A DNA stretch of 54,418 nucleotides from Prorocentrum cordatum. Its lineage: Eukaryota. Position 1 is the first letter of the stretch. Each line of letters opens with the position of its first letter. The stretch lies in contig CAUYUJ010000242.1 in assembly GCA_963575745.1 (NCBI GenBank), forward strand, positions 62,001 through 116,418, read 5' to 3'. Below the pieces are notes generated by a model. That model saw only the letters and a program-made list of their open reading frames with translations. It made no database searches and was not told the origin of the DNA. Of the stretch, positions 36,661-50,200 are shown piece by piece. Both the position numbers and the translations under genes were made by a program.

Positions 36661-36711
36661 GCCCGGGGATGCGTCCTGCTCCCGCAGGGGCAGCCCCGAG
36701 GGCGCGAGGTC

Positions 36712-36842
36712 CTTGGTATCGCTCGGACGTGCGCACTTCTTCTCAGCGGGGATGAGTAAGGAGCATCCTGGATCATCCCGCGAACAAAAGCCACGCACGA
36801 AACCGACAAAAAAGCACAGGGAATGGACGTCCGAGCGACGGG
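36712..36842. mobile_element. ~125-bp MITE-like element, copy 3
   Basis: Same TIR (36719-36730 / 36827-36838) and core. Confidence 0.7.
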
Positions 36843-36855
36843 GAGGGTCCTGAAA

Positions 36856-37090
36856 AAGCACGCGCGCCGCACACCGCGGGGCACGAGCTCACCTGGGTGA
36901 TATGCCCTGCCCTGTTTGATTCCTCTGTTTGATTCCTCTGCTTGATTCCTCTGCTTGACTCCTCCTGTGGGCGCGTTGACTAAACTGCTTCGCGTGTCGG
37001 GGTGGTTATGATCGGGCTGGGTATTCTGCCCTCTATGAAGCAGCGTGCGCGCCGCACACCGCGGGGCACGAGCCAGCCTGGGTGACATGT
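36856..37090 (+). repeat. ~45-bp direct repeats enclosing four 13-bp units
   Basis: gcgcgccgcacaccgcggggcacgagc..cctgggtga at ~36862 and ~37047; tg(t/c)ttgattcctc x4 in between. Confidence 0.8.
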
Positions 37091-38209
37091 AGGAGCGCGC
37101 ACCGAGCTGGTGGCATCACGGCACCACTCTCTCGTCCGGGTGTCGGCGGCGCGCCGAGGGGTAGAGCGAGATGGGCGTGCCTTCCCTCGCAAACTGGAAC
37201 ATATGCATTACCAGTGGCGGGTTGTTGTTCAATCCCACGACTTTTAAAGGGTCAGGGACGACGTCGGGGTAGTGTGGTGCATACGTGTCCCCCGTTTTCC
37301 AAGGGAAACAACGAAACCTTTGTTTTTTGGTCGGCGGGGCGAGAGCGAACCTCTTCCGCTAAAAGCTAGGCGGGCTACGCACAGCTTTAATTTGGGAGAC
37401 AGGGCACAGGAAGGCGGGGCCTCAGGCGGCCAGAGCGGGCGGAGTCCGGGGTGCAGGCGGTCCCGGAGAGCTTGCACAGGAAAAGGTACGCCGCGGACAG
37501 GGACCAGGGGCGAAGACCCAGAGGGCGAGCGATGTGGTGTTGCCGTCAACGGCACGTCGCGAACACCAGCCTCAAGCACCAGCCTCGGAAACAACGAAAC
37601 ATGTGTACACCAGGACCCCGTATAAACCAGAATCCGCGTTCCTGTGCGAATGTCAGCGCAGGGACGGGAAAAGCGTCGGTGTATAGACTTCGTTTTCCTA
37701 TTCCCAGACGGCAGGCGGGGCTTCTCGGGAGCCCTCCAGCCTTCTGACAACCAGGAGGGAAACAAAAACACACAGACACAGTTCGTCGTCGACCCCTCCC
37801 CGAAACTATGGGAAATTCTAAACGCTTCGCGTAACCCCACCAGCCCGTCCAGAAATGAGTCCCAGGGGACTGGAGGTGATGAGGGAAGCCTGGGAGGATG
37901 CAGAAAAACACAGGGCGGGGTAAGCCGCCATATACCCCAAGAGGGGGAGGATGTAGGAGTCGTCGTCGTCGTCGTCGTCGGAATAGGATGGGGGAAGAGG
38001 AGGAGCAGGAGGAGGAGCAGGAGGAGGAGGGGGAGGAGGAGGAGGAAGATGAGGAGGAGGAGATGGAGGAGGGCGAGGACGTGGAAGACGAGAAGGAGGA
38101 GAAGGAGAAGAAAGAGGAGGAGGACAAGTGGGAGGGGGAGGAGGGAGGAGGAAGAAAAAGGAGGAGGAGGAGGAGGAGGAGGAGGAGGAGGAGGAGGAGG
38201 AGAATGGCG

Positions 38210-38600
38210 AGCTTGGGGGCTTCTTGGGCCGTCTTTGGGGCTTCTTGGCGGTCCCCGGGGCTTTTTGCGTATCTCGGGGAGCCTCTTGGGGCCTCTTGGG
38301 GGTCTCTTGGGAGCCTCTTGGAGGCCTCTTGGAGGCCGGCCTCTTGGGGCCCTCTTGGGGCGCTCTTGGGGCGCTCTTGGGAGCCTTCGGGGCGCTCTTG
38401 GGGCCATGTTGGAGGAGATCTATCAAAAAAGGGGGGGGGCTAATTAGCGTTGCCCCTCTAGAGTGCTCGAATCGCCTCTTGGGCCCCAAAAGAGGCCAAC
38501 ATCCTTCCAAAACCTAGGGACAGCAATGTTTTATTGATTTCTCGCCTTTTCGCTCTTGGAGCCGTCTTGGGCCATCTTGGACGCCCCAACGACCCGCGGA
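38210..38600 (+). repeat. Dispersed GGGGCCTCTT / GGGGCCTCCT 10-11-mer repeat family
   Basis: Related tracts at ~23460-23710, ~42930-43350 (reverse), ~49290-49395 and ~51025-51620. Confidence 0.8.
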
Positions 38601-38719
38601 ACCCCCCGTCCAGGTCCATGGGAGGGGGTAGGGGGAGGGGAAAACCCCTTCCCGACGGGGAAGAGTGGGGTTGGAAGAGGAAGCTCTCTAGACCACCGAC
38701 GACCAGAGGGCTGGAGGGA

Positions 38720-39200
38720 TTATCGGCGCGCGCGATCGGCCTTTTTTGGAGCGTGGAATGGAACGGGATTCGCAGGGGCGCGGGCGCGTGCTTCGCGCGA
38801 TTCGTGTCGCTTTTGCAAGGGATTTGCGCCTCAGCGCGCGCGCAAGGGCGCCCGGGTGATTTCGACGCGCGTTGGGAGAGGCATCCTGGGTAGCGCGTCA
38901 TGAATGCATTGACGATGCGAAATGCTCTTCTGGGATTAGTGGCGCGCGTGCTTTTTTTGAACGCCGATGTTGCTAAACCATTTGTGCTTGCGCGTGTTCG
39001 GGGCACTCGGCGACGAAGCCCGCGTGAAACCTTGTTTTGTTATATTTTTTGGGGGGGGCGCGGCGCGCGCGAGTGCAGTTCGCGTTGTTTTCCGCGCGGT
39101 CGGGCGGCGATTGCGCGAACGCGAGGGCGTTCGAATGATTTCGACATGCGCACGCGGGCGCGCGGCGGGGGCCGTCTCATTTTTGTTCAGGTCCCCGAGG
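38720..39200 (+). repeat. Dispersed GCGCGCG-rich repeat with a TGATTTCGAC core
   Basis: The core tgatttcgac(g/a)(c/t)gcg occurs at ~38857 and 39135, and again at ~47303 and 48627; the family spans ~46960-49270. Confidence 0.65.
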
Positions 39201-39266
39201 TTGTTCTATCGTTTTTTCCTCTTTTTTCCTCTCGATGACCTCCTTGACTTATTATTATTATTATCA

Positions 39267-39303
<37 letters not shown>

Positions 39304-39310
39304 TCTGGTG

Positions 39311-39367
<57 letters not shown>

Positions 39368-39704
39368 CAAGCTCCTGTCGCCACTTCCAATATGTGCACG
39401 TATTATGTTTTTCTTTTGACCTCTTCCTCTCTTTCTCTGTCTCTTTCTCTCTCTCTCTCTCCTTCTCCCTCTCACTTTATCATCATTTCGATATTTCTAA
39501 CCGTCCTTGAAAAGAGACAGAGGAGAAATCGGAGCCCCTCTAACTCAAGCTTCGTTTTCGAACATGTTGGTGAAAGGAAGCCGCTTGTAGAAGAGAACGG
39601 GAACATGAGGAGGTGGGACAAGACGAGAGGGGGGAACGAATGCGAGGAGAGCATCGGGGGAGTAGGCCGAGGAAATAATGAGAGGGGACATCACATGATG
39701 AGGG

Positions 39705-42015
39705 AGGAGGATCCATGCCTAACCGGATTACATTAGAGGTGTATCCGTATGTAATAAGATGCGATTACATGTGGTTCACATGTAGTAGGTATCTTTTAGA
39801 GGTTCTGTAATGATATTATATTAGATGCGGTTCAATATGTACTATGACTAAATTAGAGTTGGGTTTATATATAAACGGATTCCATTACATGTGGACCCAT
39901 CTATAATAGGATTCTGTCAGAGATGGACTCATCGCTAATATGATCCCATCAGGAGTGGATCCATCTCTAATAGAATTCCATGAGAGATGGGTTTATCTCC
40001 AATCGGATTCCATTAGATCTGGATCCATCCGCGATAGGACCCTATTCGCAGTGGATCCACCTGTACTAGGATCTCATCAGAGGTGGATCCATCTCTAAGG
40101 GGATTCCATTAGAGGTGGATACAGCCTTAATCGACTTCCACTAGAGGTGGGCCCATCTGTAACAGGTTTCTATTCGAAGTGGGTCAATCTCTGTTGGAAT
40201 TCCATTGAAGGTGGATCCACCTGTAATCGGGTTTTATTTAGGTTGGGTCCATATATGATAGGACTCCACGCGGGGTGGATCTCACCCTGATCGGATGCCA
40301 TTCGGAAGGGCACATCCCTAACAGGTTTCTAGTAGAAGTGGACCCATCCCGAATAGGAGCCTGTTAGAGGTGGATCCATATGCGATGGGGATCCAGTATG
40401 AGGCGGATCCATCCCCAATGGGGTTGTATTAGAGGTGGGTCCATCTGTGATAAGATTCAAAGAGAGGCGGGTCCATCTGTAGTGGGGTCCTATTTGACGT
40501 GGGCCCATCCCTGTTCGGATTCCATCCGGAGTGGGTCCATTTGTAGTAGGTTTCAAGTTGAAGTGGGCCCATCCCCGATAGGATGCCATTAATTGTGGGT
40601 CCACTTGTAATCGGATGTGGACCATATCTCGGAGGATTCATTTGTACTTCGAGTCCATTCCATACACCAATTTCTACGTGGATTTTTATAAGAGGCGGGC
40701 CCATCGCTTTTAGTATTCTAGGTGAGGTGGGTCCATCTGTAATAGGATCCTGTTAGGCGTGGGTCCATCTGTAAACGGATTCTAGTAGAGGTGGACGCAT
40801 CCGTGGCAGGATTCATGAGAGGTGGGCCGCATCTAATAGGTCCCCAGTAGTTGCGGATCCATATCTAATGGGGCTCTATTAGAGGTGGATCCATATGTCA
40901 TAGGGTTCTATTCGAGGTGGGCCCATTTGTGGTAGGATCCCTCCCACTCGGGGCGAATCGGTTCTTAATCGGGTACGATGGAAGGTGGATCCACCTGTAG
41001 TAGGATTATTTTTGCTGTGGGCCCATATGTAGTGCGATTCTATTTGCGGTGGGTCCGTTTGTAACGCGATTCTATTCAAGGTCGATCCATGCGTAATACG
41101 ATGCTGCTAGCGGTGGACCCATCTGTGATAGGGTGCCATTGGAGGTGGGCCCATCTCCAATAGGATTCCAGTAGAGATGGGTCCATCTATGGTCGGATTC
41201 CATTAGAGGTGGGTCCGTGTGCAATAAGATGCTACCAGAAGCGCGTCCATGTAATGGGTTTCTGTCAGAGGTGGACCCATATGTAATGATATTATATTAG
41301 AGGTGGGTCCAGGTGTCGTATGATTCTTTTAAAGTTGGATCCATATCTACACGGATTCCCTGACATGTGGATACATCTCAAATGGGATCCTGTCAGAGGT
41401 GGGCTCATCGCTTATAGGATCCCAGCAAAATTTGATCCATCTCTAATAGAATTCCATGAGCGGTGGAACCATTTCTAATCGGAGCCCACCAGAGGTGGAT
41501 CCATCTGTACTCGGACTCTATTCACAGTGGACCCAAACGTAGTAGAATTTTATTAAAAGGCGGGTCCGTCTTTAAGGGGGTTCCATTTAAGGTGGATACA
41601 CGTTTAATCGGCTTCCGTGAAAGTGGATCCATAGGTAATAGGTTCCCATTCGGAGTGGACCCATCGCTGCTAGAATCCCATTAGAGGTAGAGCCATCTAT
41701 AGTAGGATTCTGTTAGAGGTTGACCCATCTCTGATAGGACTCCATTAGAGGTGGATCTCATTATGATAGGGTCCCATTCGGGGTGGATTCATCTCATATC
41801 GGATTTCATTAGAGGTGGATCCATCCCGACTAGGGGTAGTATATTACAGGTGGATCCATATGTAGTATAATAATAGTAGCGTTTGGGCCATTTGTAATAG
41901 GATTGTATTAGATGTGGTTGTACGATTCCCTCTGAGGTGGATCCACCTGTTGTCTGAATCTATTAGAGGTGGACACATATGTAATAGGATTCTATGAGAG
42001 GTGGATCCATCCAAC
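39705..42015 (+). repeat. 32-bp satellite, ~70 diverged monomers, with higher-order structure
   Basis: Consensus approx. agaggtggatccatctgtaataggattccatt; variant monomers recur at +1476/1477 bp. Confidence 0.92.
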
Positions 42016-42317
42016 AAGGTTTCTATGATATATAATACGAATTATCCACACTAATCCCAATGCGGTTCCCCGTCAATAAGGGTCCCATGGAAATGCCATT
42101 AAAACGGAAACCTGTTGTACTCCGTCACGGAAAAGATATTTACCGTAATCGTCCGCAGAAAAAAGGAGTTTGATTGGAACTCAGAAGGAATTATATTGCA
42201 ACTTTGGCCAATAGCATTTATATCGCAACCCTTCACGCAGAAGAAATCCTACTGCACTGCGCCGCGAAGGGAATCTTGGTGCGGCGGCAAGGAAAAATTG
42301 GGTCCCGATGAGGGGGG

Positions 42318-42348
<31 letters not shown>

Positions 42349-42419
42349 GAGAGAGAGAAAAAGAGAGAGAGAGAGAGGGAGAGAGAACAACATAACGCAA
42401 CAAACATAATCCCATTCAG

Positions 42420-45110
42420 CTCCTCCACAACAGAGACCGAGTTGTAATCCGCCACAAAAGGACATTCTTTCGTGATCGGTCACACAAGGAATCCTTTTGA
42501 ATCCTTCACAAGAGGAGTTTCATTATAACCCGCCACAAAGGAATTCTTTTTGTGGCGGCAAGGAAAAGTGGAAAGGCCAGGGGAAAAGAACAAAACACAA
42601 AACTGCATTACATCTGTTATATATATACACATAAATATTCATTTATATACACATATACATATTCCTCTTCCCATATTTGTACAAGCCCGGGCGGGGGGGG
42701 AAACCCGTCCCCCCCCACCCCAAAAACCGGATTCCCGGGATCTGGGGTTTTGGGAACCTCCCGACGGGCCTCGAAGCGGCCCGCGGGCCTCGCAGGGCGT
42801 TTTGCCAAGCCTTCCCAGCACACCTAGGGCGATCAGAGGGGGTCATCGGAGACGTCCCAGAAACCCCCAAGACAGCACAAGAGCGCTCCAAGAGTGACCG
42901 ACGTGACCTCAACAAGATGGCCCAAGAGGGGTCCAGGACGGCCCCAAAGAGGCCTCCAAGAGCACTCCCAAGAAGACCCCCCGAGGCACAAATCATTGAT
43001 TTTCTGTTGTTTTTGGTGAAGTCTGCGGTTCTCCTCTATACGGTTTCCCGACGCTCCAAGACGGCGGTCTTCTGGGCGTTCGAAGCCGCCTGGGGGGCTC
43101 CAAAATCGCCCCACAACCATCCGAAAGGGCTTCCAGGCAGTCCAAGAGAGCCCCAAAACGGCAGATGGCCCTCAGAGAGCCCCATGGCGGCCCAAGATGG
43201 CCCAAAGACGCTCTCCGAAGCATTCCGAATCGTTTGGAGGCAGGGCGGCTCGAGGAAGCCCCCGGAGGCCCCCAGAATACGCCCAGGAGGCCTCCATAAG
43301 GCCGTAAGAAAGCCTGAAACAACTTGTGTGAGGCCCCCAGAGGCTCTCCAAGGAGGAGCCTCCGCGAAAAAGAGCTGAGGAGGATGGGGAGTGTGCGCAG
43401 GGTATGGCGAAAATACGGAAACAGAAGCATGGAAAAAGGTTAACGAATAACATTATTATAGCGGCGATGCCGGAAAAGGCAACAAGGAGTTATCGCTGTC
43501 GGCTTGACCTTTCTGCTATTTCGCCGGCGTGCCAAACTTCAAGGACCCAGGTGCATGGCGCGAAGCGCAACTGCAGTCTTGTTTATATATGAGAGAGCGT
43601 GATCCACCGCCGCTTTACTGTGGAAAATTGCCAACCTTATCCTCCGGAACCCGGAGGTCGCCCCCCCCCCCTCGAAAATCCCAACCCCCCCCCCCCCCCC
43701 CCCTGCTCCCCTCCCCCCCACCCCCCATCCCCCGGCAAAACCCCCCCTCCCCTAACCCTCCCCTCCCCCCCCCCCCCCTCCCGCTCGAAAACGGGGGGGG
43801 TCACTACCTGGTTCGAACCCCTCCCCCCCCCCCCCCTCCTCGGAAAACCGGGGGGGGTCCACTACCGGTTCGAACCCTTCCCCCACCCCCCCCTTACCCT
43901 TCGGATCCGGAAAAACCGGGGGGGGGGTCACTACCCGGTTCGAACGCTCCCCCCCCCCCCCCCCCCCCCTCCCCCCCCCCCCCACTCACCGCCAGCAAAC
44001 GACTCCCGGTCCCTACCACCGTCCGCATCACATCCCCCACTGTTGTTCCCAGCACCACTGTCCTCACCACCACTGTCCCCGCTGGTTCCACCACCGTCCC
44101 TACTGTCCCCACCAGTGCCCCCACCACTGTCGCACTGTCCCCACTGTTCCCACCACTGTTCCCACCACGGTTCCACTCTCCCCACTGTCTCCACGGACCC
44201 AACCACTGCCCGACTATCCCCACTGTCCCCACTGACTCCTCCGCTGTCCCACTGAGCTGTCCCACTGTTCCCACCACTGTCCCCACTGTCCCCACCACTG
44301 TCCCCACTGTACCTCTGTCCCATTGTCCCACCGCCGTCCTCGCCACCGCCTTCACCACTGTCCCCACCACCATTGTACCCTCCACTGTCCCACTGTTTCC
44401 ACCTCATTCCCATTGTCCCCACACCACTGTCCCCACCACCACCGTCACCACCACTGTCCACTGTCCCCCCCTGTTCCCACCATTGTCCCCACCACTGTCC
44501 CCACCACTACCGTCCCCACCACTGTCCCACTGTCCCACTGTCCCCACCACTGTCCCGCTATCCCCTCACCACTGTCCCCACCAACACCGTCCCCACCACT
44601 GTCCGCACCCCCACTCGGTTTTCGAGGGGGGGGGGGGGTTCGAACCGGTAGTGACCCCCCCCGGTTTTCGAGGGGGGGGAGGGGGGGGAGGGGTTCGAAC
44701 CGGTAGTGACCCCCCCCCTTTTCATGATGAGCTGGGGGGGGGGGGGGGAGGGGTTCGAACCGGTAGTGACCCCCCCGGTTTTCCGGGAGGGGGGGGGGGG
44801 GGGAGGGGTTCGCGCCGGTAGTGACCCCCCCTCGGTTTTCCGCCAGCAGCGGTAGAACACGCTCTTTCTTATATCTATATATATATACATGTATATTTTC
44901 CGGGCGGTGGCGCGGGTGTGTGTGTGTGTGTGTGTGTGTTCTTCCCTTTCCTACCCTTCCCATTTTCCTGGCCGCCGCAACGGGATTCTTCTGTGGCGCG
45001 TTGCAATAGGATTCCTTTTGTGGAGGATTGCAATCGGAGTCTTTTTGTGGAGGATTCAATCGGATTCCTTCTGTGGGCGATTACACAAGGATTCCTTCTG
45101 GGTCCCACTC
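42420..45110. repeat. Outer inverted arms (42420-42660 / 44860-45110) built from ~26-bp subrepeats
   Basis: ccgccacaaaggaattc..tgtggcggcaaggaaaagtggaaagg..aagaaca..tatatata matches the reverse complement of 44860-45110. An extra partial copy lies at ~42230-42305. Confidence 0.7.
43785..44845. mobile_element. Fold-back element: inverted arrays of CACTACCGGTTCGAAC units around a (CCCCACTGT)n core
   Basis: CACTA at 43802, 43860 and 43929; TAGTG at 44649, 44704, 44764 and 44819; core minisatellite at ~44010-44605. Confidence 0.7.
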
Positions 45111-45215
45111 GCCCACCCGCCCTTTTTTTTACCCGCCCACCCACCCGCCCCCCCAAACAACAAAAAGGAGAGAGACGGATCGAGAGAGAGAGAGAGCGAG
45201 AAAAGAGGAGAGAGA

Positions 45216-45247
<32 letters not shown>

Positions 45248-45449
45248 AAAACAAAAAAAAAAAAAAAAAAAAAAAACACAAAGTAGGGAACCTTTAAAAG
45301 TGGAGTCACCCGGGGGGGGGTCGATGGGCGTTTGCTTGGGTGGTCTGAATTCGCATTTAGGATGGGCGATGGGGCGGAAACATGAGAAATTCGCCATGCA
45401 GAAGCGCTAGGCGTTAAGTCCAGGGGGTCTTGGATGCTTCTGTAGAAAG

Positions 45450-46450
45450 GGGGGCCTTCGCCCTAGGAGTCATTTTGAAACATCCGGAGTTGCCCGCTCC
45501 ACTGCTCGCGCAATCCCCCCGCTCGCCCGCGCGCAACTCGGTTTGCAAGACCCATGTGGCGGCGATTGCGATGGGCGCCTTCCGTTGGCTGGTGTGTCTG
45601 CGGCCTCGCGCCGACGGCGAAGACGGTGTCCTCGCGTCGGCGATGAGATGGTTTTGGATGGAGTGCGACCTGCGCTCCATCGGATGCAGAACTCATTGTC
45701 TCTCACTGCGTTGCTGTCTCCCAAATCAAAGACGCTGCGGCGCATTGTGTTGCCGCGTGCCCTCGGCGCGCTTGCCCGTTGCTTCCGGTGAGAGCCCCGG
45801 CCGCGCAAGAGTTGTCTCCCCCGAGATGCTGCCGGCATCTTCGGGAACGGTGCACGCGCCAGACGTTCTTCAGATCCAGATCAATAGAAAGCGCCGAGTG
45901 GCGCGACGCGTTGGCCCTGCGGTTGGTTCGAGCGGGCCCCGATCAGGAACTGGGGCCTCGCCCGTGGTTTTGTTTGTTCGCGATTCGATCTCCCCAGGGG
46001 CAGCGCGTCCATTGAGGCGATCCAGCCAATGTCGACGGGGCCCAGGTCTCGCGCGCTAGTGTTTGCATTTTGTCGCCGAGTGCTGCCAGCGCGCAGCTCG
46101 CCCGCGGCGCCGCCGGTCGACTCGCGCGCTCGAGCGAGGGCGCTGCCCCGCGTCGATCGCCCCCTCCGCCTCGGGGCGCGCGCGGCGCCCGCCTCCTGGG
46201 CGACGGATTCCTGGGTTTTGGGCTGGCCAAAATCAGGAGCGAAAGAAGGACGTACACGTACATGAATCCACGCTGGTTTCGAGAGTACGCATTGCCCGAA
46301 AGGTCGTATCACGCGGCCGGTCTCGCAGATCGAGGGGCCGTGTTCATGTACATAGCTGGGCGCGTACTTCCTTTGTGGGCTCCCTAAAAACAGCGACATC
46401 GTGCATTTCGCCCGTCGCGGGTTTGGGCTGCGACTGTGCCCAGGGCGCAT
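45450..46450 (-). pseudogene. Possible heavily decayed RNase H region of a non-LTR retrotransposon
   Basis: By eye: ALPLG..EQTKPRAR resembles G.LP..QT.PRAE, IRWSAG resembles W..GH, and REAADTPA resembles NE.AD..A, in the right order. Confidence 0.3.
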
Positions 46451-49400
46451 CTGGGTTGCTCTCCGCGGGCCACGGGGGAGGGCTTGCTCTGGGGCTCATG
46501 TGGCCTCTCCTGGGACCAGTCGCGCGCTCTGCCGTGCTGCAGGTTGGATCTGTCGAGTCCTACTTGGGGCTATCTGGCGCTTGTGTCATTCTGTAAGGCC
46601 CCTCGGGTGTCTCGGCCAAGTCTGGGAGATGTCCGAGTATTACTGGGCGCCCAGGACCGTTTCTCGGAGCATTCCTTCCGACGCGCCCCCCCCCCTTCCC
46701 GCGGACCCTGGTCGCCCGGACTGCGCCATTGGCGCGCTGGGGGTTTCGCGCAGGCGACGGGATTTGATCTTCAGTTGTCCTTCGGCGCGATGCGAGGAGG
46801 TCTCTTCGGACCGCGAGCTCGCTGGACTCGCGCGCCCGGCGTCGCGTCGCGCAGATGCCGGCCTCGCGTCAGGGGGCCCGCAGTTAGGCGCGCGAGTCGA
46901 AAGAAACGAGATCTGCAGGCGGGCCGGATGAGCGTGGCAGCTGTTGGCTCCTGCGCGCGGCTGGCGCGCGCGAGCGGCTGGCGCGGCGTCGCTCGACGGG
47001 CTTTCCAGCGCGCGCGAGGGCGCTCGGGCGACTTCGACACGCGGCGGGGGGGGCCGCGAGACTGGTTTGGAAGCCAGTGCATTTCTCCGGAACTCACACG
47101 CGGGCCAGCGCGCGAGTACTTCTGGACATCTGGCGTCGCGAAACCGCGTGTTTTGATGTCTTTCACTCGGCGTTGGCGTTCTTGCAAAACTTGTTTATGG
47201 GTCCGAGGAGATTCGACGCGCGCGAGCGACGGCGCGCGCGCGCGCTCACTGTATTTTTTTCGCGAGGGGGTCACGCGTCAACGCGCGCGCCAGGCCGTTC
47301 GAATGATTTCGACGCGTGCGCAAGGCGTGCTTGGTCGAGCTTGCGGAACATATTTGAAATAACTCACGTTTCCTGAAGCATTTGCAGAAGCAAGAGAGCA
47401 TTTTTCTTCTGGGGGGAGTTCTGGTTCTGAAACCATTGGAATTCCATGTGTTCTCGGGACGCTCGATTATGACCCGCCCGCGAATCTGACGGTGTTTTGA
47501 AAGGGATTCGGCGCGCACGGGAGGCGCGAGCGCGCGCGTGCTCTCCGTCGCAGCTGTTGCAGGGAATTTCGGAATTCATGAACTGTGATAAGCGAGCGCG
47601 CGCGTTTATTTTTTCCGCGGGAGGTGGTGGGGGGGTCGATGAGCGTCTGCCTGGAACGTTACGAGGTTATAAAAGGCGGGGCTTTCGTCGGGAGGCGGGG
47701 GGGATAGATCTCAATCGTCTTGTAGAGAGGATAATATACAATGTGCGATCGTTTAACTGAGCGCCCGCCCCTGAAAGGGGCAGGCCGCCGCCCCACAATT
47801 GTTGGGTCCTGGAGACTCTGTGGGAGTCGCGGCTGCTCCGCACGCGCGAATAGGAGATGCTTTGGTGCTGGTGCTTGCGCTTTCGCTTGGAGCCTCGCGG
47901 GGCGCTATGGAGAGGACATTGGGCTCCTCAGCGAGCTCTCTGTCGTATGGCCCTGAGCCCATGGCGGCCGCAGAGAGGCTGGAGGAACTGAAAGCAACGA
48001 GCTCTGTGTCGCATGACCTTGGAACCAGGGCGGCCGCAGAGAAGCTGGAGGAACTGACAACAATACCGTCGGGCTCGTCCCAGAAAGCGTGCCGAGGAGT
48101 GTCTTTCACATGGCCTTGAGGCTAGGGCGGCTGCAGAAAGGCTGGAAAAGCTAAGAACAACCTTCGGGTTCGTCTCTGGGGGACCTCTGGAAAGGGCCCA
48201 AAAAGGAGCCGAAATTGGTCAGGTGCGGCGATTTGGGGTGAACGATGAAAGCAGGAAGAGAAACACAAACATTCTGGGTTTCTATGTGGCTCCTGGAAGA
48301 GCCCCTGGAGGCTCTGATGGGGGCGCCCCAGGTGGGCGAAATGCGGTGCCAAGAAGACGGCCAAACGGCCCAAAATGGGTCCGAGAGGCTGTCAGGACGG
48401 TCGTAGAAAGCATGCCTAGTTCTAAGATGGCCGCGGGAGCCAGGGGAGATGCACGGGGGGAGCTCTGAGAGAGGCGCAAGGAGACGTGCGAGAAGGCCAG
48501 ATTCATCAAGAAAGTTTTTGGAAGGAGTTCGACATTCGTGCGCGGTCAGCGCGCGCGAGTGGCCGGCATGCCATTTGTTGGCAAGGATCGTGCCCCCCCC
48601 TCCCGTACGCACGCAAGAGCGCCCGAGTGATTTCGACATGCGTCGCGAGATGTCCGTTTCTTCGAGCCATATCACAAGTATGAAACATATTGTTTCTCAG
48701 GAAGTTGCAAGAGCGCGCGAGCGCTGACCCTTTTTTAAAACTGATGTTTTTTTTTCCGGGCTGCCGTTGTATTCAAATCCGTGCGACATTTGAGGTGTTG
48801 GAGAGTTTTGGGCATGCGCTCCCGACGACTCCCGCGCGCGCTTCGTCCCATCTTATGCACGGGGTTCTTGGGACAACGTGCGCGTAAGGGCGTTCAAATG
48901 ATTCTGACATGCACGTGAGGAAGGCCCGTTAGGTCGAATCCGATGGACATGTGGAAAACATTGTTTTGGGTGTGAAACACTGAAGGACCCGAACGCAGAT
49001 TTGTTGCAAGATCTTGTTTTGAAACTTCTTGTGTTTTATATGTTCGGGGCACCCGGTCTTGAAATCCATGGGAGCCTACAGTTTTTTTGTAAGATTCCTG
49101 CACGCGCGCGCGCGACGACGCGCGTGCGTTGATTCGTCACCTTTTCGCAGAGTGGGTATTTGGACACGGATGGTTTTTGAGAAACGAGTGTGCGCGTATA
49201 TTTCTTTGCGCAGGATGAGGGGGGCGATACGCGCCTGCCCGAGGTGGTCTGAATTTAATCGCTTCGCTCATGCCGCCGGCCCTGGAGCCCTCTTTAGGAC
49301 CTCTTGGGGGCCTCTTGGGGACCTCTTGGGAGTCTCTTGGGGCTCCTTGGCGGCGTTTTGGAGGCCCCCAGGGCCTCTTGGGGGGCTCTTGGGGGTAGTC

Positions 49401-49724
49401 GATTGCGGCTCCCCCCTCGGAGGCCACGATCCTCGTGAGGGGTGTCGAAAAATACCCTCCCCTGGAGTGGTCTGGTGGCTTCTCCCGGGCTTCTCTCGGG
49501 ACCTTGCCGGGGTACTTTTCGTCCGGGGGCCCCCAGGGGCCGCTCCGCGCGCGCGAACTAGAAATATTGTTAACAAGTTACCGGAGATCTTAGCACGCCT
49601 CTGGCCCGTTGGGCCGGCGAATTCGTACTTCGGGTGGACGATGGGCAGATTCACGCACGCATTTGGGCACAAAAAGCGAACGATGACTCCGGGGGGAGAA
49701 TCTGTCAATCTTGTTTTAGAACAC

Positions 49725-50200
49725 ATAGGTAATAGATGGTGTGCAGTCTATGTTGTGCAACGTAGGTTGTGCAATCTATGTGGCGCCATCGGGGTAGTGC
49801 CGTAGTTGCTGCGGCGACGAGGCGGCGACGGGGCGGCGACGACGGCCACATAACCGCCAGAGGGATCACGCGGCCCAGACGGCGGGCGGTGACGTGGCGG
49901 CGGCGGGGCGGCGGCGGCAGCCACACGGTTGCAGACCGAAGACACGGCCCAGACGACGGGCGGCGACGAAGCGGCGACGGGGCGGCGACGGCGGCCGCAG
50001 CCGCCAGACCGAAGTCACGGCCCAGTGCTTCAGAACACGAGAGGGAACCTTTGAGTGCAAGCTCTGTTTGGGGAGTTCATATGTGTATATGTATACATAT
50101 GACATGTTGCACCACATCTATTGCACAACATCTATCGCACAACATCGATGGCATCCCGCACATTGCACAACATGGGTTGCATCCCATTTCATTGCACCAC
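49725..50200. repeat. Inverted TGTTGTGCAA / TTGCACAACA arrays around a (GACGGCGGC)-rich core
   Basis: Left array at ~49733-49786, right array at ~50105-50180. Confidence 0.7.

Noticed and set aside
37230..37870. LTR-like segment with ggaaacaacgaaac direct repeats
   Set aside because: There is no second copy, primer-binding site or gag/pol in the window.
39705..42015. CRISPR-like appearance of 32-bp palindromic repeats
   Set aside because: The monomers are contiguous and diverged with no unique spacers; there are no cas genes and the context is eukaryotic.
46500..48470. Further candidate host exons (e.g. LDLSSPTWGYLALVSFCK)
   Set aside because: Too isolated among repeats to link into a model.
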